The notes under the pieces: model-generated
What the model was told of the DNA's origin: nothing
Seen by the model: only the letters and a program-made list of their open reading frames with translations
Databases searched by the model: none
Position numbers and translations under genes: made by a program
In this document: positions 1-8,260 of the stretch, piece by piece
Numbering within the stretch: the first letter of the stretch is position 1
How the letters are laid out: each line of letters opens with the position of its first letter
Source of the DNA: a virus
Taxonomy: Duplodnaviria; Heunggongvirae; Uroviricota; Caudoviricetes
Virus record (IMG/VR): IMGVR_UViG_3300025015_000009
Coordinates: 160,001 to 224,000 of that record
Direction: 5' to 3' (one strand)
DNA length: 64,000 bases

Positions 1-2
1 AG

Positions 3-608
3 TGGGATAACAAACAAGAGATTGTTAAGAGTCGAATACATAACATTCTAAACAACACCCCCACTCGTGTTTATGCAAGAAAATGTGAGGTCAGAGAAAT
101 ATCGAGTAGTATTGCGTCAGAGTTCATTACCCGAACACATATAATGGGTACAGGCCGAAGCAATATTCGATTTGGGTTATATCACTGCAACACTCTTGTC
201 TCAGTTATGACATTCTCTAATAGTAATATTTCTAGGAAGATTAATAACCAATGGGAGATAAACCGGTTCTCATCTGAACTTAACACTACTGTGGTCGGGG
301 GCGCATCTAAACTATTCGCTGCTTTTATTAAAGAGGTTAATCCCGAATCGGTTATCTCATACGCCGATAACCGATGGTCAACTGGTGCGTTATATAAAAA
401 CTTAGGATTTGTTCACGTAAGTGCTGGTACTCCTAACTACTGGTACACAAAGCCAAATACAACTCTTCGTATACATAGATTTAGGCTGAGAAAGAACAAA
501 ACTGATAATCAACATTTGTCAGAAAACGAAAACAGATTTGCTCAGGGATTCCTCCGTATATGGGACAGCGGTTCATCGAAATGGCTTTGGTCAAAAACTC
601 TGTGTTGA
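3..608 (+). CDS. Hef-like homing endonuclease, C-terminal part (5'-truncated by the window edge)
   Basis: The frame is open from position 3 (WDNKQEIVKSRIHNIL...VYARKC). Motifs VVGGASKLF, SYADNRWSTG.LY..LGF and RIWDSG are shared with ORFs 633..2222 and 36142..37797. Confidence 0.75.
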   Translation, partial: WDNKQEIVKSRIHNILNNTPTRVYARKCEVREISSSIASEFITRTHIMGTGRSNIRFGLYHCNTLVSVMTFSNSNISRKINNQWEINRFSSELNTTVVGGASKLFAAFIKEVNPESVISYADNRWSTGALYKNLGFVHVSAGTPNYWYTKPNTTLRIHRFRLRKNKTDNQHLSENENRFAQGFLRIWDSGSSKWLWSKTLC

Positions 609-621
609 CATCACACACAAC

Positions 622-627
622 TAAATA
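622..627 (+). promoter_or_regulatory. T4-type late promoter core (TAAATA)
   Basis: CTAAATA ends 5 nt before the ATG at 633. Confidence 0.5.
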
Positions 628-632
628 ATATT

Positions 633-2222
633 ATGCAATACAAACTTACTACTTTCTTAACTTCGTGCCCGTCAAGATGGCGCACTCGGAATATCGTCAA
701 GTATCCAGACTATGTTACTTACTTAGAATCGTTATTTCCTGCTGTTCCCCTTAACCTTCAGATCGACTGCTTTATCAATAACACGTCTCCGTACTGTGTT
801 GTTTGCAATACCCCAGTTAAGACGTTGGGCAAAACAACCTGCTCGGTTAGATGCCGGTCTAATCACTTGGCCTCACATCAAGATAGTCGATTACAAAAAC
901 AAAAAGAAACACTGTTGAAAAAATATGGTGTCAACAACATACGAAACATACCAGGTGTAAGCGAAAAACGTAATGTAACAATGTTTCAGAAGCACGGGGC
1001 ATTAGTATCTCCTCTTACTCGGCAAAGAGCGAAAGAGCGAAGCAACGAACTGAATGTTAAAGGTCAACAGACCATTATGAACAAGTACGGCGTCACTAAT
1101 GTATCACAACTCCCTTCAGTTAAAGACAAAAAAACACAAACTTCAATGAGAAAATACGGAGTTAACAATGTGTCTCAAAAACATATATTACCCGAAATGT
1201 TAGCTATTCTACACAGCAAGCCATTGCTAGACGAGTTTATGAAAGGAAAAGGAGTTCGCGAAGCAGCATTGTTGTTGGGTATCAACTTTACTACCGTATA
1301 CAAACAGCTTGCTGTGTTTGATATAGGCAATATCCGCACCAGTAGCTCGTATGAAACTGAAATCGAGGCGTGGTTACAACAATACCCTGTTACCTATGTC
1401 CGCAACAACAGAAGAACGATTGCCCCGTTAGAACTGGATTTCTTTTTTCCTGATTTAAATGTAGCAATCGAATTTAACGGGCTTGCTCATCACAGTGAGT
1501 TCTTAGGCAGCTCATTGAGGAACAACAAGACGAGTTTTAGAAATTATCATCGCAACAAATGGAAACTATGTGTAGAAAAAGGAATCACCTTACTGTCAAT
1601 ATTCGAAGATGAGTGGAACACAAGAAAAGACGTAGTTAAACGTACAATCCTTCGATTACTTAAGATTTCACCAACAAAAGCAGTAGGGGCTCGGTCGCTG
1701 CGGGTAACCGAAACCATAAACAAGACGCAAGTAATTGCGTTTTTAAACAAAAATCATTGGCAAGGCGGAATAAGAAACTTTCAGGTTGGGTTTGAAGCTT
1801 ACCTCAATGATCAACTTGTTGGTGTTATGACGTTTTCTTACCAGGATAGCGAATACATATTAACTCGGTACTGTATTGGAGAAGGTAACTTTCCGGGATT
1901 ATTCTCAAAAATGATGAAGGCATTTGTTAACAAATATCAACCAGTGCAAATAACAACTTTCTCAGACAACAGATATGCAACTGGGCAGATATATCAGAAT
2001 AACGGGTTTACTCACGTTGCAGATTTGCAAGAGGGATATGCGGTCACTGATTATACTAATAGATGGCATAGAAGCAACTTCCAAAAGAAACTCATACAAC
2101 GAAGGTTTAATGTAGATGTGTTAGGTAAAACAGAAACGCAACTTCTGCATGAAGTTAAACTTGATAGAATATGGGATTGTGGGAAAAAGAAATGGCAGTG
2201 GACAAGAAAACAGGGCACTTAA
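633..2222 (+). CDS. Hef-like homing endonuclease (Zn-finger, KYGV repeats, Vsr-like PD-(D/E)xK nuclease, Mom/GNAT-like C-terminal domain)
   Basis: CxxC..CSxxC, repeated KKYGVxN units, SSYE...ELDFFFP..NVAIEFNGLAHH...IFEDEW nuclease motif, C-terminal FSDNRY..G.IY..RIWDCG. Confidence 0.8.
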   Translation: MQYKLTTFLTSCPSRWRTRNIVKYPDYVTYLESLFPAVPLNLQIDCFINNTSPYCVVCNTPVKTLGKTTCSVRCRSNHLASHQDSRLQKQKETLLKKYGVNNIRNIPGVSEKRNVTMFQKHGALVSPLTRQRAKERSNELNVKGQQTIMNKYGVTNVSQLPSVKDKKTQTSMRKYGVNNVSQKHILPEMLAILHSKPLLDEFMKGKGVREAALLLGINFTTVYKQLAVFDIGNIRTSSSYETEIEAWLQQYPVTYVRNNRRTIAPLELDFFFPDLNVAIEFNGLAHHSEFLGSSLRNNKTSFRNYHRNKWKLCVEKGITLLSIFEDEWNTRKDVVKRTILRLLKISPTKAVGARSLRVTETINKTQVIAFLNKNHWQGGIRNFQVGFEAYLNDQLVGVMTFSYQDSEYILTRYCIGEGNFPGLFSKMMKAFVNKYQPVQITTFSDNRYATGQIYQNNGFTHVADLQEGYAVTDYTNRWHRSNFQKKLIQRRFNVDVLGKTETQLLHEVKLDRIWDCGKKKWQWTRKQGT

Positions 2223-2236
2223 TATGCCCTGTTTTT
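2207..2236. terminator. Bidirectional intrinsic terminator between convergent genes
   Basis: AAAACAGGGCA-cttaata-TGCCCTGTTTT(T): an 11-bp stem with A- and T-runs at either end. Confidence 0.75.
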
Positions 2237-2251
2237 CTTACTACTCGTTAC

Positions 2252-5200
2252 TTACATCAACTTAATTGCACCTGGGTTCTTTAAGCGAATCGGTATGTAA
2301 ATAAATTCAACAGCTTTCATTGGTTCGATGGCCACGTCGCAATATAATTCGTTTCTAGCAATTCGATCTGAAGTGTTATTCGATTCATCGCAAATTACTA
2401 AGAAGTCATATATACCGCGTTTAGCAATCAAATCGTTAAACACGCTGCCAACAATTGCCTTAAACTCTTTACGGGTTTGTGCATCATTTGGTTCGAACAA
2501 GAACGCATCGCCCGCATGTCCAAGCACTAAACGAATGTAGTTAACTAGTCTTGCTACGTTAACGCGATCCATTGCACTTGCAAACGGGTTACGGGTCTTC
2601 TGTCCCCACACAACTAGACCGATATTCGGAAGAATTGTTAATGGGTTAATACGCATCGTATACAGTGCATCTCGCAATCCATGATTAATACCATTACGCT
2701 GGAATGCACCTGTTGCTACGTCAACAACACCGATATCCGATGCGTTGTCTATCAGTCCACGACGCATACCTGCAGGAGCAAACCACATGTAAGATACGTT
2801 ATCGTTACGAATCATTGTACGCAACATTACATGGCTCGGTGGCATTACGATGGTATTTCCTTGCAAGTCGTTTGTTAATGCGCTTGGGTAGTAAATACCT
2901 AAATATGGATCAGCTGTCGACATTCCATCTCCGTTTGTATTCTCAGACCAATTCGTCAAATCAATGATATTTGGTTTTAAGAACAGCGGAGTATCACCGA
3001 TAACAAACGCAGTATTCTTACGATCGTTGTTAAGTGCAACCATATTTGGAATTAGTTCTGGATATCCTGGGCAAGCAATCAGGTTAAACTGGAATGCTTC
3101 TTCACGAATCTGATCGTTACCATCTACTGCTGCTTTCAGCGCCTTAATAACCATTGCTCGTTGTGCGTGATGACCAGCGTTCATTGCCCCATTGTTATTA
3201 AGCCCAGATGCTGTTAACCAAGTGCCTTTTTCTGTTGGCAACGTGTTGTTGTCGAATGCGTCTGGGAATGCTTCGTCGCTGAAGTAATCAACAACATATC
3301 GTTTAACGTTGAATCCGCTTCGGCGTGTATTAAACAGCAACGTGCCTCTTGGATACAACCTGTAATCCGGGCAATCTAGATCAACATAGTTACTTGCCAA
3401 CAGGTCCGTAGTTAATACTTTTGGTGAACCGATCGGATCAACTGTGCCTGTTGTGTCCCAGCGAGCATCTGCAAACACAATACCGTTTTGGGTAAAACGA
3501 TCTGCATTATCAATTGGAACCCATTTTCCTGCCAATGAATATCTAGCAAGTTTAGGGAAATGTTCTAGATCTAATGTATCCAGCCATAAATCGCCTGCAA
3601 CAAGAGCAGTACCATCAGACTGTGTTACTGGTGCGCCGGCGGACATAATAACCCCGTTCGGATCTGTTCCGACTAAGTTATAGCCCCGTGCGTCTAGGCT
3701 GACCGTATTATACCCTTTCCATCCACCAACACCATTAACCATGATGTCAACTTCAAGCGGGTTGTTAAAGTACCACAATGTGCCATCTGCTGGTGCAGTA
3801 TATGGGCGGGACTGTGACACAGTAAAGCTAAACTCAGCAAAACCATTGACCATCATCTCACCAGTCTGCACGTTGTAATACACACCAAGTGATGAGGTAG
3901 TGATACCAACAGTGTTAAGCGGTGTCCCGGTTAGATCTTTAAGTGCAACAACTCCGCCGTAGTTATGAGTAATAGTTATTGTTTTAGCAGTAGCATTATA
4001 GCTTGCACTCACTTCTGGGATTCCTGCAGATAAGATAGATGTAACCAGGTTAGTCACTGCTGTTCCAGAGATCGGCACAGTAGTATAAGTTAGCGTTGAT
4101 TCTCCAAATTTTGTGTAACCCAATGAGAAAGTATTTCCCGACACCAACACGGTACCAGTTTGAATCACATCTGATGTAACTGATGTTTTACCTTGCACTG
4201 TTCTAATCATCGGTAGATATTCTAATCCACGGAGTGTATATCCAGTCATCAGGAACAACGAACCCGCCACAATTCCTGCGCCGCCGCCTGCTGGATCCAT
4301 ACTTGCAATAGCCGATTCTGCATTTCTAAACATCGGAGTTGCTTTTGTAACCCAAGTGTCAGTGTCAGATACATATTGTTTCATAACTACATTTGCGCCG
4401 TTACCGATTGCGCCTGTTTTAATCCATACGCTGCCAGTCGGACGTGCATTGTCGCTGAAGCTTTCCCAGTCTGGGATGTTCACATACGAGTTTACTACTT
4501 CGATTACGCTATTATACGTATCGGCAGTAATACCAGCTGTTGTTAAAGGAGTACCCAAGACGTTTGCAATTGCAATTTTTCCGTCTGCTACTGTTCCGTT
4601 TGATGCAGAAGTAGCAATCGCATAAAGAAACAATCGTCCGTTTCTCATTGATGCAGTTACTCCTGTTATTGCTGCTGCAAGAATATCATTGACCACTGAA
4701 GCCACAGTCGATCCTGTTAGGATGACTTCTGTTGTGTTAATAGAAATCTTATCACCGATTGTAAATGTTGGTGACGACACTGTTCCGCTGACAGTCGGGT
4801 GCGCTCGTTGCCAGTCGATACTGCCTACCCGAACCCAGGCGTTGTCGGTCCGTTTGTAGAACAAGTGATTCTCAACGTCTGTCATAACAATCGCATACGT
4901 GCCGATCAACCCGATTGATTCTTTTGGATAACTCACTATTCCCACCAGAACAGTATCGTCGAGTGAAGTAATCAGTTCTGGAACTTTATTTGTAAACGAT
5001 TGTGTTGTTGCGTTCCATTCGTAGATACCCCATGTGGTTTCTGTTGTGTCTAACCAGTATGTTCCGTTTGCTGGATCCTTAACTGGACGACCAGCTGATC
5101 CAATTAGTTGGGTTGTGTCGATGTCGGCGCGAACAACAAATGACCTATTAGATACACCCAATGCACTGTACGCTGCCATTAATCCATATTCGTTTAGTTC

Positions 5201-5455
5201 GTGACCGTGAATCGGTGTTCCCGCGGCTGTTTGTCTAAACGTCGGATAACCGAAGCTAGTAATCAATTCGCGTTGGCTAGTTACTGCTTGTAGTTTTCCT
5301 GCTACATTCTTAAGGGTACCTGACCCAAGGATATTATTAAACTTCTTGTTTTCTTCTGTTGCAATGATTACCAGTGGAACAGTTCCTATCGACGTTGGTA
5401 GGTACGCACTGTCGTCTGTTACGGTAATCTCTAAACCTGGGGATACTAAGGCCAT
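2252..5455 (-). CDS. gp18: Contractile tail sheath protein (T4 gp18-like) with inserted domains
   Basis: N-terminal MALVSPGLEITVTDDS. C-terminal WFAPAG.RRG, RD.LY...INP, WGQKT, DRVNVARL, FEPND and IEPMKAVEFIYIP are sheath motifs. Confidence 0.95.
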   Translation of the reverse strand: MALVSPGLEITVTDDSAYLPTSIGTVPLVIIATEENKKFNNILGSGTLKNVAGKLQAVTSQRELITSFGYPTFRQTAAGTPIHGHELNEYGLMAAYSALGVSNRSFVVRADIDTTQLIGSAGRPVKDPANGTYWLDTTETTWGIYEWNATTQSFTNKVPELITSLDDTVLVGIVSYPKESIGLIGTYAIVMTDVENHLFYKRTDNAWVRVGSIDWQRAHPTVSGTVSSPTFTIGDKISINTTEVILTGSTVASVVNDILAAAITGVTASMRNGRLFLYAIATSASNGTVADGKIAIANVLGTPLTTAGITADTYNSVIEVVNSYVNIPDWESFSDNARPTGSVWIKTGAIGNGANVVMKQYVSDTDTWVTKATPMFRNAESAIASMDPAGGGAGIVAGSLFLMTGYTLRGLEYLPMIRTVQGKTSVTSDVIQTGTVLVSGNTFSLGYTKFGESTLTYTTVPISGTAVTNLVTSILSAGIPEVSASYNATAKTITITHNYGGVVALKDLTGTPLNTVGITTSSLGVYYNVQTGEMMVNGFAEFSFTVSQSRPYTAPADGTLWYFNNPLEVDIMVNGVGGWKGYNTVSLDARGYNLVGTDPNGVIMSAGAPVTQSDGTALVAGDLWLDTLDLEHFPKLARYSLAGKWVPIDNADRFTQNGIVFADARWDTTGTVDPIGSPKVLTTDLLASNYVDLDCPDYRLYPRGTLLFNTRRSGFNVKRYVVDYFSDEAFPDAFDNNTLPTEKGTWLTASGLNNNGAMNAGHHAQRAMVIKALKAAVDGNDQIREEAFQFNLIACPGYPELIPNMVALNNDRKNTAFVIGDTPLFLKPNIIDLTNWSENTNGDGMSTADPYLGIYYPSALTNDLQGNTIVMPPSHVMLRTMIRNDNVSYMWFAPAGMRRGLIDNASDIGVVDVATGAFQRNGINHGLRDALYTMRINPLTILPNIGLVVWGQKTRNPFASAMDRVNVARLVNYIRLVLGHAGDAFLFEPNDAQTRKEFKAIVGSVFNDLIAKRGIYDFLVICDESNNTSDRIARNELYCDVAIEPMKAVEFIYIPIRLKNPGAIKLM

Positions 5456-5510
5456 TATATTTCTCCTGTTAAATAATCACTTCAAACACACATCTGAAGT
5501 AAGTTAAAAA

Positions 5511-5518
5511 TATTTATC
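5511..5518 (-). promoter_or_regulatory. Late promoter for the sheath gene (GATAAATA)
   Basis: TATTTATC on the + strand, 56 nt upstream of the sheath ATG. An AGGAG RBS precedes the ATG. Confidence 0.65.
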
Positions 5519-5598
5519 AAAGTTTGGTTAAAAAGGTGACCTTACGACGATATTCTATCAGTATTTTTTTAATTTAATGCCCTTAATAAGGGCAATCA

Positions 5599-5605
5599 AT
5601 AAATA
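5599..5605 (+). promoter_or_regulatory. Late promoter (ATAAATA) for the GIY-YIG gene
   Basis: The motif ends 5 nt before the ATG at 5611. Confidence 0.55.
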
Positions 5606-5610
5606 TTGGT

Positions 5611-6447
5611 ATGAACACATTTTACGTCTACCAATATTTACGAAGTTCCGACAATACGCCGTATTATATCGGTAAAGGTAAAGACTTACGATATATAAGT
5701 AAACAACACAGTATATCTGTTCCAAAGGATACCAGTAAAATAGAAATTATTGCAGAAGGTCTACTCGATTCCGAAGCTAGAGAATTAGAAATGCAATTAA
5801 TCAAAGAATATGGTAGGAAAAATAATGGTACAGGTATTTTACGAAATTTAACCGATGGTGGAGAGGGTAGATCCAGCAAAAACTGTCCATTTGCTGCTGA
5901 GAAAAAACAAAACATATTAAGAGCAAAAACTCTTCGCGCAGAAAAAAAGAGATTAAAAGAATTAGAAACTATTACAAAAAAAGAAAATAAATGTAACAAG
6001 AGAAAACAAAAAGAACTCGATTGTATTGCAAAAAAAGAAGCTCGTGCTCAACTTGCTAAACAAAAACTCGATAATACTAAACAAAAACAACATATTGTTA
6101 TTAAAAAACAAGAAAAGGTAACGTGTCCTGTTTGTAACAAGAGGCCGGTTGGTGTAAACCTAATCCGTAACGGAAAAACGTATTACCGTAAAAGGTGTGA
6201 TTGGTGTATCTATAACAAGAAGCATCTTAGACCTGTTGTATCAAATTGGGTCAAAACTGGGTACAAGAAAAAACCACATTGTGAGAAATGTGGTTTCGTA
6301 GCAAAACTAAAAGAACAGTTAGTAGTTGCTTATCTGGACGGGAACATAGAAAACGGCGACTCGTTCAACTTAAAAACAATATGTCAGAACTGTCGCATCG
6401 AAGTCGAGAAAGGTGCGTTACCGTGGCAATTTAGTAGCGTCGGCTAA
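5611..6447 (+). CDS. GIY-YIG (Seg-like) endonuclease fused to a Zn-finger/HNH-like domain
   Basis: N-terminal FYVYQY...YYIGKG...R...E..LI..YGR...GIL.NLTDGGEG. A Lys-rich linker follows, then four CxxC pairs and DGN..N....NLKTICQNC. Confidence 0.85.
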   Translation: MNTFYVYQYLRSSDNTPYYIGKGKDLRYISKQHSISVPKDTSKIEIIAEGLLDSEARELEMQLIKEYGRKNNGTGILRNLTDGGEGRSSKNCPFAAEKKQNILRAKTLRAEKKRLKELETITKKENKCNKRKQKELDCIAKKEARAQLAKQKLDNTKQKQHIVIKKQEKVTCPVCNKRPVGVNLIRNGKTYYRKRCDWCIYNKKHLRPVVSNWVKTGYKKKPHCEKCGFVAKLKEQLVVAYLDGNIENGDSFNLKTICQNCRIEVEKGALPWQFSSVG

Positions 6448-7056
6448 TATACGATCTACTTTCTCATATAAGGTATCTATAGTATCGTTGTTATCGATCG
6501 TATAATCAAATGCAGTATTAATCCAGGCGTATTCTGACGTATGCACCCCTGCTTCTTTCATCTTACTAATTGAGTGATCGTCACCATTAGCTGCTAACTT
6601 GGCAACTGGTACCCAATTTGGTTCGTGACCTCGTTTAACCTGGACCGAACAAGCATTGCTATCTTTTAACGCAATCCTCTCGTTCGGATATCTACAGTCT
6701 GTAATCACAATGTTTGCATTACCTAGCTTGCGTAGCTTGTTCTCTATTGCAAGTATCCAGATGCTGTCACAGAAGTGACATCTGAGCACATCGGTACCGA
6801 TGTATTGCAATGCAAATCTCGGAGTAAAGTTAGGAATTTGTAGTTTTTCTGCCCACCAATGGTCGATTTCTTCTCGCCATTGTCTACTGTGTTGTGTATC
6901 ACCTTCGAGTAAGGATCGGTCCCAGTTAAACATAACTGCTATTATGTCTTTGAGCGTTGCTGCAAACGACAGTTTAGTAAATCCGTGTTGAGTAACTAAG
7001 TAGTTACCGACGGTGTCTTTGCCTGATGAGATAAATCCAGAAATTAGTATAATCAT
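6418..7056 (-). CDS. gp1: Deoxynucleoside monophosphate kinase (T4 gp1-like)
   Basis: SGFISSGKDT P-loop, SFAATLKD, TPRFALQYIGTD, ITDCRYPNE, HTSE. Confidence 0.92.
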   Translation of the reverse strand: MIILISGFISSGKDTVGNYLVTQHGFTKLSFAATLKDIIAVMFNWDRSLLEGDTQHSRQWREEIDHWWAEKLQIPNFTPRFALQYIGTDVLRCHFCDSIWILAIENKLRKLGNANIVITDCRYPNERIALKDSNACSVQVKRGHEPNWVPVAKLAANGDDHSISKMKEAGVHTSEYAWINTAFDYTIDNNDTIDTLYEKVDRILADATKLPR

Positions 7057-7108
7057 AGTAAAGTTACTATAGCAACATTACTGGGTGTACACTACTGTTT
7101 CGGTGAAA

Positions 7109-7432
7109 TTACTTGCTTTTTCTTTGAGAGTTAACAGGAGATAGATTATTTGCAGGTGTTGTATGCAACTTATCTTTTATTACTGTTTTGTTATGCTGTC
7201 CTACTAATGCAAGTGCTTTATTAATTATCGCATCTTCTGCTGGTGACTGCGAAATTACTATCATCTTTTCTCCGTATTCGCTCGAAGCGTCACATTTTTC
7301 TTTGTTCTGTTCTTGAGCGCCGGCGGCGGCCATTGCAACACCAAACCGATATTGTAAGTACGGGTCTTGACTCTGCAACCCTGGGATTGCATATGTAGTT
7401 GTTTGTTCAGTTATAAATTCAGTTGCTCTCAT
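7109..7432 (-). CDS. Hypothetical protein, possible internal head protein
   Basis: 107-aa ORF directly downstream of the neck gene. Its N-terminus MRATEFITE resembles the T4 capsid-targeting sequence. Confidence 0.6.
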   Translation of the reverse strand: MRATEFITEQTTTYAIPGLQSQDPYLQYRFGVAMAAAGAQEQNKEKCDASSEYGEKMIVISQSPAEDAIINKALALVGQHNKTVIKDKLHTTPANNLSPVNSQRKSK

Positions 7433-7435
7433 AAT

Positions 7436-8233
7436 TTATCCGACCACAAAAGTAAGAGGAGAAGAACCATCTGCATAATGCCGGAGTTCGTCGATAAGGC
7501 CGTCCATGAGCTCCTTGCCTTCTGTTTTCAACGCGGTTCCGTTTAGTTGTCCGCCTCCTTGTGGGCCCGAGATCGACGCAAACTTTTCTCTTGCTTCACC
7601 TAGCATGTGTTTGGCTAAACCATACGCATAATCTTGAACCCACGGAAAGATCATCGGGTCGTTTAACAGCACTTGATCACTTTTATACAGGTATGCCCAC
7701 AAAACAACTTCTTCTCCATCAACCGGAATCTTCCTATTAATAGATAACACTTTTGTTGCTGGGTTAAAAGTAAAAGTAACATATCCGCCGAACATCGTCA
7801 TTGCTTGCTTTTGATACTGTGCATATAACTCGTAGTTCACTAATCCGCCAACTCGCCCGGCGGCCAGCATATACGTATTCAGAAAGCCTGCGGAGAACGG
7901 CTCGAACGATGTTGCTGTATTCCCTGTCACTGACCCGACTCCACGCCTGAACACTTGCCTAACAGTCATCACTTCGGGTGGTAGAATGTAATCTGCTGTA
8001 TCTGCTGTTAAGGTGAGAAAGACGTACCCTTCTTCATGGGCAGCTTGAGAGATTTGTCTATACTTTAGCATGGCTTGATTGATCGACTGAGCGTAATGCA
8101 CCGGGTCGAGCTCAACGTCAACCATCTCGTCGCCTAACCTGAATCTAATGTAATCAACGATGCTATGCTTTGTTGCAGAATCGATCGCTAATGTAGTAGG
8201 TGTTGTGATGCTAGTAGATCCGATTGTTGGCAT
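7436..8233 (-). CDS. gp13: Neck protein / head-tail adaptor (T4 gp13-like)
   Basis: I..RLG..MVDVELD, WVQDYA...AK..LGE.R.KF..I.GP.GG..LNG, C-terminal P..FVVG. Confidence 0.85.
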   Translation of the reverse strand: MPTIGSTSITTPTTLAIDSATKHSIVDYIRFRLGDEMVDVELDPVHYAQSINQAMLKYRQISQAAHEEGYVFLTLTADTADYILPPEVMTVRQVFRRGVGSVTGNTATSFEPFSAGFLNTYMLAAGRVGGLVNYELYAQYQKQAMTMFGGYVTFTFNPATKVLSINRKIPVDGEEVVLWAYLYKSDQVLLNDPMIFPWVQDYAYGLAKHMLGEAREKFASISGPQGGGQLNGTALKTEGKELMDGLIDELRHYADGSSPLTFVVG

Positions 8234-8252
8234 ATATGTCTCTCAGTGTTAT

Positions 8253-8260
8253 TATTTATC
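8253..8260 (-). promoter_or_regulatory. Late promoter (GATAAATA) for the neck gene
   Basis: TATTTATC 20 nt upstream of the ATG at 8233. Confidence 0.6.

Noticed and set aside
605-634. TTGACA as the -35 box of a sigma70 promoter before ORF 633
   Set aside because: Spacing to the candidate -10 boxes is 15 or 18 nt, and the latter overlaps the ATG. The late TAAATA motif explains the site better.
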